Under the pieces are notes generated by a model. That model had not been told where the DNA came from, made no database searches, and saw nothing but the letters and a program-made list of their open reading frames with translations. Made by a program: the position numbers and the translations under genes. A stretch of 64,000 bases of DNA from Antedon mediterranea (taxonomy: Eukaryota > Animalia > Echinodermata), in the NCBI RefSeq assembly GCF_964355755.1, contig NC_092676.1, positions 3,139,888-3,203,887 on the forward strand, read 5' to 3'. Of this stretch, positions 27,346-41,200 are shown in pieces. Every line of letters starts with the position of its first letter. Within the stretch, counting starts at the first letter, position 1.

Positions 27346-29207
27346 ATGGAAGATGGCAACTTCCGTATACGAGATGCAAGACCGGAGGATTGCGCTGCGA
27401 TAATGAAGATGATTGTGGAATTAGCAGTGTTTGAAAATTCAGAAGATTAAGTAGAAAACACTACTGAAGGTATACTGCACATTACATTAAAAATGAAATT
27501 AAGGAGTAGTGTAGTATAGGTATATTAAATAGGGTACACTATTGTAACATTACTAAAATAAAGCACAAATTACCCATACATGTCCAGTACGGATTAATGA
27601 GGCTTTCATCCCAGGACCATTTTGGCCCTGGGCATTTTGACCATATTTAGGAAATCTCAAGCCAGTAGCAACCCTAAACGATTTAACAACCAATAGATTT
27701 TAATATAATTTTTTTCATGAAGAAAACAATAACAAACAATAGGCTATTCTACTGAGATTTACAGTACTTTATTCACTTTACATGCACAGTGATTTTACCG
27801 CTGGAACTAACCCATGGACGATAATTTGATCACTGGATGAACTGCCATTTTATGACTGCTGGGTCTTACGCACGGACTGGTTAACCAACTTATAGTATGA
27901 CCCTGCTGTAATGTAAACACTATGAAGATCCAATTTAATATCAACGGCGCAGATCCGTTTTTAATAGTGGGTGGAGGACGTATAAAAATGAAATACTTAG
28001 TGAGCAAAGCGAGCACTATTAGGCTGGGGACCGCCAAAGGCCCCCAGAAGCTGGCTCTTTGAATAATTTTTAGATCGTTTTAATCGATTTTGTGATCACC
28101 TAAAAATCCCGCCCGGAAGAATATTATTTTGGGTACACACTTTTTAGGCACTGGTCCTGATGCGCCACTGGTTATATTCACTCAAAATCTATTCTTAATA
28201 GATACTGAATTTTCTGAAATTTCATACGATACGTCATGCATGTCAAAGAAGTCTTACTGTCTATTTCGTTTCAACAATTTAATCTGCGCCGGTGTTTAAT
28301 ACTATAAGGTTTGTGCAAAAAAGTGTACATAATTAAAACTCGCACTTGCACACTTGTCTTCTGAAATGTAGCTTTCCTGTGAGATGTTTATTGAACTTGT
28401 TAAAACTCTTGTTTTTTTTAGGTCTACAGAAGGATATACTTGAACCAGGAAGCATTGTGTCTTGCATAGTAGCGGAATATAAAAGACCAGAAGTAGAGAC
28501 ATTTGAAGTAATTGGTTACAGTGTTTTCTTCTATACATACAGTACTTGGAAGGGAAAGGTGGTTTATATGGAAGATCTATATATCATGAAAGAGTTCAGA
28601 GGTAAATGACCTACTAACTGACCTATGACCTACTTCTAACTGACCTTTAATGTACCTGAATGCATCCAAAGATTTTGATTGGTTTCAATCGGTTAAAATT
28701 AAGCTGATGTATTTCTAACTATGTTATTATTATTTTTCACTGCTGAAACTGAACATTCTTAAAAGTTGAAATCCAACCCAAACCAAAAAAAATGGTTTTG
28801 ATATTTAAAAAATTCTTTCTGTTAATATAAACCAAATTTCAATAAAAAGTCAATTAGCATGTCACAAAAAAAGAAAATATAAATGTTATTCTTTACTTAC
28901 ATTTTATAGGAATAGGTTACGGACGAATTTTTATGAGAAGGGTTGCTGAGGTAATTATGTCAAAAAATAACTAAAAAACGTGAATAAATGAATATATTTA
29001 ATATAAATAATTTCTAACTCATTATAATTTTTTCAGATTGGTTTAGAGAAAGGTTGCCAGAGAATGCAGTGGGCAGTGCTGGGTTGGAATAAACCAGCAA
29101 TTAATATGTATAAAACAATCAACTCAATAGATTTAACAGCAACTGAGGACTGGCATATGTACACAATGTTTAAGCCTCAATTGTTAACATTTGTGACTAA
29201 TTCTTAA
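27346..29207 (+). pseudogene. SAT: Spermidine/spermine N1-acetyltransferase family (SAT1/SAT2-like GNAT), 4 exons, with in-frame TAA at codon 35
   Basis: Exons 27346-27469, 28422-28601, 28910-28950, 29037-29207 (GT-AG; 516 nt = 171 aa + stop). Motifs IRDARPEDC..I.ELA.FE, YTYSTWKGK..YMEDLYI..EFRGIG.G, GC.RMQW.VL.WNKPAI..Y. TAA at 27448-27450. Confidence 0.88.
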
Positions 29208-30276
29208 TTTTTCTATTTAAACACAATTTTCATTTTAGAAATGTTAGTATAATAATGTAATATTGTAATGCCTTTTCAACATGTTCTGCTTGCTGCTTTC
29301 CATGTGGCTACGTATGATTCGTTTACACCAGACATGTGGCTACGCGCATATCACGTTTTCGTCATGATTAATTTGCCGTATCAGACTGGAGCATGTGTGA
29401 AAGACCATTCATTAGTCTGGTCAAACTACGGTTTGACCTAGACAAAATTAGAACAGAATTTATTTTTGTTGTGCTTCCTAACAGTAAGACCCATCTGAAC
29501 AACATATGAAAAATGGAGAAAAAGGGAAGATGAAGAAAAATTGCTAATTTGCATATAACTAAAATGGCCGTTTTCTCTCAATTTTACACAAATATCAGTA
29601 TTAAAGCATCCGATTTTGGCAAACATATATTTTGCAAGAAAATCATGGAGATGTTTAAAAAATAAATTGTTACACTTTTAAAAATCCAAGATGGTTTAAA
29701 ATATACTTCAAATATGGCTGCGATTTTTCTTATCCTGTATAAAACACCAAATCAAGTCTTTCACAATTGTCTGTCATAGGTCGTAGTCACGTATAGATTT
29801 TGCTTTTAGAAGCAGTCCTCATGAAACATTCATTTTCAGTATTAATATTGTAAAGTTTTCAAAGTAAAAGTTGGTCCTATTATCACCAATGGGAGTTTAC
29901 GAATTAGCTGTCGCATTTATAAATTCCAAAACAAAAATGAAATACTTAGATTCAACAAATATTATTTAATTTTACTTTATTGATAAAATCAGATTTCTTT
30001 CTTCTTCTAACAATGTTAGACAACTTTAATCATGTTTAATGAAGATTGAATTATCATGTATTTAGAAGATAGGCCTACTGAAAGTTTTTCAGACAAAAAA
30101 TATTTATAAAAAACAAATTACCATAGATGTAAATAGATAAAACTCGCGTTATTCACCAAACTAGTTACCAATTAACAATAATTAACTATTAATAAATAAA
30201 TTAGTTTGAATCTATGAAACATCCACATATCAATAATGAAATTACTAACTTATTAGGAATAGATGAATTTCTTTAA

Positions 30277-30873
30277 AGCTCAGGTACAGGCATGAATTTT
30301 AAATATAATATCTGGTTAATTGTACATAAATCAAATATTTGTAACAGAAATCAAGACGAAAAACCATGAATTTCTTCTAATATGGTCAAATACAAAATTT
30401 GGCAAAATTCTGCCAAAAAAAAAAACAGGAAGACTTTTTTTCAGTAGTTAGGTAGTTAACATAATGTATTAACATGTCTGGTGACTCCCTAGAAGGTGAA
30501 AAAAGATGGTGGATATACGGTGGATAATTTTTGCTATAGCATGAAAATAAAATTCTGAAGTTGAATAAAAATACCAGAAATGTAAAATTCAAGTTATATT
30601 ACCTATATTTATTCATGTGATAACATTTTTTACCACATCGTTTATTTTTCATTGCTTTTTAAAATGCCTCTCTATTTTAAAAATTTGTGTACAAAGGAAT
30701 AGAGATTTTACTGTGTAATTTGAACTATCCCCCCAATGATAAGAAAGTGCTTATTTTCAACAAGCTTGTGTAACACAAATAAAATCCCCAAAATTATGAA
30801 ACATAAGGGAAACTATAGATCGATAATTATTGGAATGTATGATCAATAGAAATTTTTTGCCCACACCTGGCCT
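30277..30873. mobile_element. Kolobok-like non-autonomous element (copy 2, inverted)
   Basis: Reverse complement of 13365-13952, with TTAA flanks. Confidence 0.75.
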
Positions 30874-31272
30874 TTAAAATCGTGACAAAACTTAAAATAA
30901 ATTAAATGAATTATATATACTAAAATCTTGACAATTATAAAACAACATTACCAAAATACATTGATGAATAATTTAAATGTGCATATAAATATACTGAAAT
31001 CTTGAAAATTAAAATTATCAAACTACATTGATGAATTCATTAAATATTCTACAATCTTGACATAAATAAATTCTTAAATCATTTTAGCACAAACAAAAAT
31101 ATGAATTGTACAAGAATTAAGATAATTGTATAATAATAAAAATGCTTTTAAATGATATTAGTAAAAAGTTAACAAGTTTAAATTAGATAAAAATATGATT
31201 AAAACAAAATCAAAACAGAGAGTTATCAATTGCAACTCCCTGATTAGTGATTGAATTCAATAAATAGCCAAA

Positions 31273-32296
31273 TCACAATGTATTAAGTGGAATCTGTAGA
31301 GGTGCCGGTTGACGCACTTTGCCCTTAAACATATAAGCAATTGTGTAAAGATACGGATTGACTGAGGAGTTGATGGGTATGATGAATGTCGCTGCCCAAA
31401 CATATATTTCATCAGGAATCGTCATCCAACCCGTCTCGGAACCAATTGCCATTACTATAATCGGGGCCCAGCAACAGAAATCAGTGAAAACTATCAGGCC
31501 TAGTTTTCTCGCCATTTTTAACTGTTCTTTTCTCTGCTGTCTTCTGTTGACAGTGGCCCCCGATCTCTTCACTGACAAGAAAATTGTCAGATAACTAAGT
31601 ACAATTACAAAAAAGCCGACGCCATTAAAGGCAACAAAAATGGCAACAGCATACTCCCAACCTGGCCACCGACTTCTGGTTAAAGGTAGTGCAAGGCACA
31701 CACTTTCCTTTCCATAATAATTGTCACCAAAATACGATAAGTTTAATTCCTTGGCTGTCACTGGAAGAAAACTCAGCACAATCCAGAATAGCCATCCGAA
31801 GCTGATAATGATTCGACATTTTGTACGATTGAGGCGTTTCGTACTAAATGGATTAACAATGTTAATAGCTCGATCCACACTCAGCAGCATCAGTGTAAAC
31901 ACTGAACATTGCCCAGAGAGTGTAGAAATAGCCCCTGCAAAACTGCAAAGAACACTATTTCTCCAAACTCTGGAAACCTTTCCGTATCTTCCTCTGTAAT
32001 GTATATCCACACTCGCAATGATGATCAGATAGACTGCCATCAGCAGGTCAGACACGGCGAGGTTGGTGATAAGTGTAGTTTGGACTTTGTTAACATTGTT
32101 AATATCATTATCTTTTTTAAACTTTCGTGAAACGATAACAACAACATTCCCAATGACCGAAGATAACCCGATAATCATCATCAGCACACGGAGAAGTTCA
32201 TTTTTTAGCAAGTCTTCACACGATGCAAATGCATCTGAAGGTTCGCAGACATCGATGGCGCCCACAAGGCAACAGAGACTAGAGTATTCCGAGTAC
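31273..32296 (-). CDS. Terminal exon: hinge (YSEYSSLCCLV...SCEDLL) + 7TM rhodopsin-like domain, GRL101/RXFP-type
   Basis: ORF 31273..32265 extended to the TTTTAG acceptor at 32297. Motifs SCEDLL, GNxxV, NLAVSDLLMAVYL, SVDR, CLALP, TDFCCWAPI and PINSSVNPYLYT are typical of LGR type C receptors. Confidence 0.95.
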
Positions 32297-35200
32297 CTAA
32301 AAGAATCAAATATAGCAACATAATAAGTGATAAGTTATTATTTTTTTGTATCTTAAAAGAAAATGTTATTATATTTTGAGAAATTTTTAAAAATACTCAA
32401 GAACCAACATTCTTAAGTTTTGAAATTTGTCCACATTTTTAAGTCACCCACCTGCATTCTTGAAATACCCACATGCAACTAATTCAAGTTTACGTGTCTC
32501 CCTTTTATTTTCCAGTCCCGAACTGCGACTGGATTAACAGAATGCTCCTGTGACTTAAGCACAAATTTAGTGGCGCATTTGTGAATTTCAAAAACATGCA
32601 AAATTAAATTTTGAAAAACAAGAGAGATCTTTATCGTCGTAAGTTTCCACTATCATCATGTTGATTGTAAACTAGTCCGTGTGGTGGCAGTCTTTCACAG
32701 ATGGTTTTGGGGATTAGTAAAATACTTTTATTTCTATTTTTATTTTTTTTTAAACTAGATTTTTTAATTTATTTTTTTCAACAATTAATTTATTTTTACC
32801 AGGGAGTTACTTGGATTGCCCAAATTGTGAAAAATCATTACTTACAATTCGTTTAAGCTTATCAATTGTTGAAAGGTCCTATCCCTGTAAACCTGTATCT
32901 TGTTGCCTTTTAATTTTCTAAAAAAACAATAAATTCAAACTCAATAAGTTTGTTTTAACACTTCTTAATTCCTTCATTACTTAATATATATGCTGTACAT
33001 ATTAACATTTCTTATTTTAATACTGTACAGAAGGAATAATAAGTTTAGATTTGTGTGTGTGTGTGTGTGAACAACACAAATAGGTTAATGCTAAACTATC
33101 AAACTTTATGTGAAAACCATATGGACACAATGATATCATATTACTAGCATATTCAGCACATCACACATTTTGTCCTTGTGTAGATTAGTGTTTAGTTACA
33201 CATTGCACTGATTATATAAGCATGTGTTCGCAGTTGCGAATCCATGATATCCGAACTGTGGAACACTATTGAATTAGTGGTAAATCACACGCACTAATAT
33301 TGTTAAGAATAATTCAATTGAGGCAGTCAAAGGGGAATGTTCCCCCTGATCCTGATACAAACCAAATCAATTCAGGTCATCGTAATTATGTGTTGTGTAC
33401 ATTCAGGAAGGCAACCACATGCAAATTATATCTTACATAATGTTAACTTACAAAATTAAAAGTGATGAAGCAAAAGAAGAGAATGCCTCAGGATCTATGG
33501 TAGTTATAGCGTTGTTATCTAAGTTCCTGTTTAAAGATAAATTAATAGACATTTAATAAATATTTGTTTATTGAAAAATATGTTTTATTTAAAAATGTTA
33601 TGTCCCCTATCAAATCAGACTTTGAATAGGCCGTTTTGTTATTTTAATAAAGTTATTCACTTCCATAGAATAAAAAAATTAAAACAAATAATGTTTTCAT
33701 TTATAAAAAGACAAAGTAAATGGTTAAATTCAACAATTTATATTTTGCTTAATATATATATATTTTTTTGGTCAAAGTGAATTTGAATATTTATGTGACA
33801 ATTAAAAACATTGTTTTTTTTAAATATTTGGACAATGTATCTTTAAGACTATATTACGATTTAAAATGTTATACTGAGAGTAACAAGCATTCCTGCTTGA
33901 AACTACGGTAGTTATTATACAGTAGAGGTAATGATGAAAGAAAAGTCTATCTGGAGCTGACTACACCACAGACTCATTCATTCATTCATTCATTCTTTAT
34001 TTAGCCTTTAAAATCGAAATACATTTAAAACAAGGTAACAAAAACAAGACAGGGTGGAAATCTAAGGAGGCAAGGATAAGCAAAAGCAATTTAAATCGCT
34101 GTAGCTCGCAGGCTTGCTTATCCATCCTTAGACTAAAAATAAAATAATTTATAGTAATTAAAATCATATAATAATATATAATTTGTTTGATTCAGTCTTA
34201 TGGTAAGATTTCATTCTTTTTAAAGTCACGGAAATATCTTTAAATCAATTAATCAATTATAATTAATGTTGTTCATTCGAATTCCATTGACTGACACAGG
34301 TGTTTACTCAATGTTTGTTAGGGCAGTCCATGAAATTCAGTATTAACTGGAATAATTATATATAATAACCATAATTTAGGAAGTATTGAAAAAAATCTCG
34401 AAATGATTTCAAACATTGGTACCAGTGTTACAGCAATGTTAGGGCAGTCCATGACATCCAGTATCAACTGGAATAATTAGAATAGTTCTAAAACCTTAAA
34501 TGATAAATAATACAAATTATGGTCTTGCTAGTTTGAGCAGTAAATTAAGTTAGTTGCAAATCATCTATTGATTTAATATAAACACTGCATTTACTCCTTT
34601 TATTTTTGTTTGTTTTCAGTTTATAAGTTCCATTTACAGCTTTGTTGGCAACAAAAACCACTCCGCTACTAAGTCTCAAGCTTTACTTGCCCACCCTGTA
34701 AATGTTTTGCTTTATCCTAGAGAATAGTAACCCTTTTATAGTACAAAAGTGTTATTTCAGGCAAGTCGACCAGTGGCTCCAGGTTCATCATCATAAAATA
34801 GGCATAATTTTACAAACATTTAATTGAAAGATTACACTATAAAATACATATTGTACAATGTAGTGATTTGGGATAAATTTGTTAAGATATTATACTCACA
34901 GTTCTGTCAATGCTGTCAAACCATTAAATGCATTTGCTGGCAATTTATTTATTTGGTTATTTTCCAACCTCCTAAAATAAAGAATACACAGTCAAAAGAA
35001 ATTAAAATATATTTTGTACGATTTTCTTTTCCTATGACTTGTTTTAGATATGGTCCATAATACAGTTGAAATCTCCTGTGGACACCACTTGTAAATGGAC
35101 ACCTCATAACGGATACTCACATAAAAGTCTGTGTGTCCTTTTTATTCAATATAGTGCATTGGTAAGTACCATTAGGGAAGAGTGGAATTACTTTCCCTGT

Positions 35201-38200
35201 TACCATCTTAAATCATCTCAAACATTTCCATAAGAGGACAGGAAAAACATTTTATTTGTATAGATAACTTCTAAAAACTGTTTATTTTCTAAAAATAATT
35301 TTAAATACTGAAATCTATGTTACTTTACTTTAAAATAGCCTTTATGTTGGAGAATTAGACGCTATACATTATTTGTTATAGTACAAGATTAAATTCATTC
35401 ATTCATTCATTTTATTTGGTCCAATATAAAAATACATCAGAAATTCCTCAACAATCAATATAAAAAATCACTGATAAAATATCAATTCTAATTCTCCGAC
35501 TGGGCAATTATCACAAAATTTAATGCAATATTGTGTTTTGTCTGATTGTGAAATCTACTTTTGACTTACTGTATAACAAAATTTAAACATGAACTCATTT
35601 TTTATGTAGTAATTCAATCATAATTATAAAGTACATATCAATAAAAATACTCACAGCAATGTCAATGCAGTTAAACCAAAAAATGCATTTGCTGGCAATG
35701 TGCTTATCTTGAAATCTCTCAACCACCTTCAAGATAAAACAATTTAGTATTAACCAAGTAGCTACGGTGGCTGATTTCCGCCAAAGAAAAAAATTATTTT
35801 ATAATAATAACGCCGTATTAGGGCGTTATAACGCCGTAATAGGGCGTTTAAACGCCGTAATTAGGACGTTATAACGCCGTAATAGGGCGTTATAACGCCC
35901 TAAATATACAATCTGTTCACACGTACATGCGCGTAGTACTTCTCGGTGCATTCACAGATTTTAGAAAGTCACGTGGTACATTACTTTTATTATGTGTATG
36001 GAGTCGAGTCATGTGCTTAAAAAATGTATAACATTCACAAGGTTTTAAATATCAAAACAATCAATTTGTTTAAAGGTTTTGTTAAGATAACGCAGTCTTA
36101 AAGTTACTGCAAAGATGATTTTAAACAACAAAATGTAAAAACAATGCATTAATACTATAGAGAATCGCTGTACAAAATAAACGCGTAGAGCCAGCCAGAG
36201 CCGTTAAATTAAATAGATTAAAGCTATTTTTTTTTGGTTTAAAATCATCAAAAAATAGTGTTATTATTGTTTTAACAAAAACCTTTAAACAATTGATTCA
36301 ATCCATTCAAAGTCGCAACTCTAGGGTGGCTGATTTCCGCTAAAGAATTTTTTTTTTATATAATAATACGGCGTTATAACGCCCTAATACGGCGTTATAA
36401 CGCCCTAATTAGGTCGTTATAACGCCGTATTATTATAAAAAAAATAATTTTCTTTGGCGGAAATCAGCCACCGTAAGTAGCAGACCATGTATTACGAAAT
36501 AATTTTCATGTTTTGCGATATGTATTACATATTATTATGTCTATTTCGTGAGATCCCTACCTGTATAGACTCTACATGCCATTATTCCCAATATGGACAC
36601 CCCTCGAAAGGAAAATGGAATAGTCCAGGCGCCGTAGAGGGCCGTACAAACGTCTCTCACGCGCGCGCGCATGCATGACATCGTCCTCATATTCCAAGAT
36701 CCACGTGATCACGGCGAGGGGAGGCGGGAGGGATTGCTATACAGGTAGGTAGGTATCTCACTCATACATAGACTACACCACTGTTGGTTTGTGTAATCAT
36801 ATACCATCTTGTAAGTGGCCATGTTTTTTTGTTGGTTTTAGTTTGGAAAAAAAATTATTACAAAAAGTTTCTAAAATTTTGTTTTATTTGAAATTTCTAG
36901 AAAGTTTGTAGGAATTCAGGGTAAAAAAATACTCACAGTTGTGGCAGTGATGTCAACCCATTAAATGCATAGGCTTCCAGTGTACTAATTTGATTAGTTT
37001 CCACCCAGTAAGGACTAAAGAAAAAGAAAGTTCAGTAAGAATAAATTGCAGTATTCAAAACTATATATACTACTATAAACTATAATTTAAAACCATTAGT
37101 TACCATTAAAGATTAGATCTAAGAATTCTAATTCTCCGACTGGGTAATTATCACAAAATTTAATTCAAAATTGTGTTTTGTCTGGTTGTGAAATGTTACT
37201 TTTCTTTGTTTTCCACGAGATTACGCTGTATTGAGATAGGTGGACTACATTATACATCGCAATTCAGTTATTTTTGTAAACACACATATCCCCACCCCCC
37301 CCCCCCCTCTGTTTTTTAATGGTGGTGGTGGAGGGGGATCCTGTTGTCACCGCTGTAATTCAATAAATGAAACAGGTACTGAAATGGTACTGAATGAAGC
37401 TTCATTTTATGAAAACCACATAAAAATAATCATGATTATTGAAAGAAAATTAGACATTGGTATAAGAAATGCATTAAAAAAGTAGAAATAACAAAGCAAT
37501 TTCAATAAATATGTAAATAATGTTTAGGTAAGTTTTGATTTTTAAAGAATAGGTTTAAGCAGCAAGACAAGAAATATGATATGAACTAACTTTAATTTTA
37601 TAGCCTTGTTTTGTTCACATTCATTTATTCATTCATATTCAATATCATAAGTAAAAAATAGAAATTTTGTTCTCAGAGCCCACTGTTTAAGCTAAATTAT
37701 GTTACAAAATAAAATATAACAGTTTATTATATTCAACCATAGGTTGTAACAGTAAATAAAAATATAATTATATTTTATTTATATTACCAACCGAATGGAT
37801 CTTTTAAAGGGTAAATTATGTTTGTTGTAGCCATTTTTTTATAGGCATGTTGCAAGTCATGACAAAATATCTTCTATTTTTTAACAGCAAACTGTAGTGA
37901 TAGTAGGCCTAGTGTCACTAAACCCTGAACGGAATGATAATAATGAAATGGCAAAGATTACAACTGTGTAGCATTTTTTAATTCATTTTTGCTGTACATA
38001 CATTGAACTAATGAATTATTAATCAAAAGAAATTCATAAGAGTAACTATAAAAAAAATACCTGTAATCAGTGATTTGGCCGACGTGCAATATCCTTCAAA
38101 GTAAGAGAAATACAAAGTAATTGTTATTATAAAAAAAAATATTAGGCTAGTCAATCTAGCATTTTGAGTGAAACAAATTGCAAACAGAGATTTTTTTTTT

Positions 38201-41200
38201 TTTAATGGTTACATATGATAAGGTGATTATTTTTTTAGCATCACACCTCTGACACTCATCCCGAAGGTATGCAAATTAGCTTAAATATGCAAATTAGGGT
38301 GAAATTACAGGGTTACCATATCTTAAAAACTACTAATCGTAGAGAGTTCATTTTTGCACAGTCTGGTTCAGAATATATATATTTATATTTGCTCTAATGA
38401 GACATTTTACATAAAAATGTCCGGAAGTACCAAATTTTGACCCTTGACCCCATTTCTCAATATTTACATAAATATGTGATTAAAATGTCTGTAGAGACTT
38501 TATTTTGGCCTCAATGACTTGGATATTGTTTTTCAATACCCACCATAGAACTGTATTATAATTCCTAAAATCACAACTTCGTCACGCACCTCGAAAGTAT
38601 GCAAATTTAGGGAGTGAAATTACAGCGTTGCCATATCTCGAAAACCGCTAATGCTAGAGTGTTGATTTTTTCACTAAAATATTTAAAATGTATATATTTA
38701 TATTTGCTGTAATGAGATATTTTACAAAAAAATGCCCGGAACTATGACATTTGACCCTCGACCCCATTTCTCAATATTGCATATAAATGAAAACTAAAAT
38801 GTCTGTAGAGACTTTGTTTTGCCCTCAAATGACTCGGATACAGGTTTCTAATAGCCAACATAGGAATGTTTAGTAAATCTCAAAATCACACCTGTATCAC
38901 TCACCTTCAAAGTATGCAAATTATTAGTACAAGTTACATGAAATATGCAAATTAGGGGGTGAAATTACAGGTTCCTATATGTATCGAAAACCGCTAAAAA
39001 CTTGTTCAGAATGTACATATTTATATTTGCTCTAATGAAACATTTTACGAAAAAATGACCGGAAATACAACAATTGACCCTTGACCCTATTTATCAATGT
39101 TTGCATACATAATGCGACTAAAATGTCTGTAGATATTTTTTTTGGACTCAAATGACTCGGATACAGTTTTCCTATCGTCAGCATAGGACCTCTTTGTAAT
39201 TCCCAAAATCACATCATTGTCACATACCTTGAAAGTATGCAAATTATTAGTACAAGTTACATGAAATATGCAAATTAGGGGTGAAATTACAGTCTTCCCA
39301 TATCTCGAAAACCATTAATGCTAGAGAGTTGATTTGAATTCAGAGTTGATTCAGAATGTACATATTTATATTCGCAGTAATGAAACATTTTACGCAAAAA
39401 TTGTCTTGATTGAATTATGACATTTGACCATTGACCCTATTTCTCAATATTTTCATATAATTCAACTAAAATATCTGTACAGACTGTTTTGGCCTCAAAT
39501 GACTCACAGATACAGGTTTTCTATAGCCAGCATAGAACTGTTAGTAATTCTCAAAATCACACCTTTGTTACTTCCCTAGAAAATATGCAAATTAGTAGTA
39601 CAAGAGGTGAAAGTTGCCATATCTCTCTATCGGTCATTAGCGTTTTTCGAGATACATAAGGCTGTAATTTGCATATTTCATTTAACTTGTACTAATAATT
39701 TGCATACTTTCGAGTTGCTTGACTTTTGGAATTACTAAACGATCCTATACTGGCTATAAAACCTGTATCCAAGTCATTTGAGGCCAAAACAAAGTCTGTA
39801 GGCCTACATACATTTTAGTTGCATTATATGCAAATATTGAGAAATAGGTTCGAGGGTCAAATGTCATACTTTCGATAATTTTTTTTTTCAATAATGACCC
39901 AGATACAGGTTTTCTATAGCCAGCATAGAACTGTTTAGTAATTCTCAAAATCACACCTCTGTTACTTCGCTATATAGCCTGTACTCCTAATTTGCATACT
40001 TTCGAGGTGCTTGACTTATACTGGCTATATAAAACCTGTATCCGAGTTATTTGAGGCCAAAACAAAGTCTGTACATACATTTTAGTTGCATTATTTGCAA
40101 ATATTGAGAAATAATAATAATAATATCCTGGATTTATATAGCGCCTAATGTTGTGAAACCTCTAAGCGCTGTACATAAACTAATACGAAAAAAGGGAATT
40201 CCAACCATGCCAAAACGAAGACGTGATTTTGGAAATTACAAAGCGGTCCTATGCTGACTATAGGAAACATGTATCCGAGTTATTTGAGTCCAAAACAAAG
40301 TCTCTACAAAAATTTTAGTCGCATTATGTATGTAAACATTGATGGTTTTCGATATATAGGAACCTTTAATTTCACCCTCTAATTTGCATATTTCATGTAA
40401 CTTGTACTAATAATTTGCATACTTTGGAGGTGAATGATACAGGGGTGATTTTGAGATCTACTAAACAGTCCTATGTTGGCTATTAGAAACCTGTATCGGA
40501 GTCATTTGAGGGCAAAACAAAGTCTCTACAGACATTTTAGTTTCATTTATATATGCAATATTGAGAAATGGGGTCGAGGGTCAAATGTCATACTTCCGGT
40601 CAATTTTTTGTAAAATGTTTCATTGGAGCAAATAGAAATATGTACATTCTGAATACGGCTGTGAAAAAATCAGCTCTCTAGCATTAGTGGTTTTCGAGAT
40701 ATAGGACAACTGTAATTTTTTCTCCTTATTTGCATATTTTATTTAAATTGTACTACTAATTTGCATACTTTCAAGGTGTGTGACAAAGGTGTGATTTTGG
40801 GAATTACAAAGTGATCCTATGCTGGCTATTAGGAACCTATGTCTGGGTCATTTGAGGGCAAAATAAAGTCTCTACAGACATTTTAGTCACATTGTATAAT
40901 GCAAACATTGAGAAATGGGGTAACCCTGTAATTTCACTCTAATTTGCATATTTAAGCTAATTTGCATATCATCGGGATGAGTGACAGGTGTGATGCTCAA
41001 ATTTTGATCTCTTCATCATATATGACCATTTAAAAAAGAAAAATCTCTGTTTGCAATTTGTTTCACTTTGGGCTGTTTTTTTTTGCTAGATTGACTAGCC
41101 TATATATACTGTACGGTATATATATGTTTTTTGATAATTCAAAACAAAATAACTACATAAACAAAATGTAGTAAATCTTACTTAAATGATATTTAAATTG

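Noticed and set aside
31358-32323. Plus-strand ORFs over the 7TM exon
   Set aside because: Antisense to a clear GPCR coding exon.
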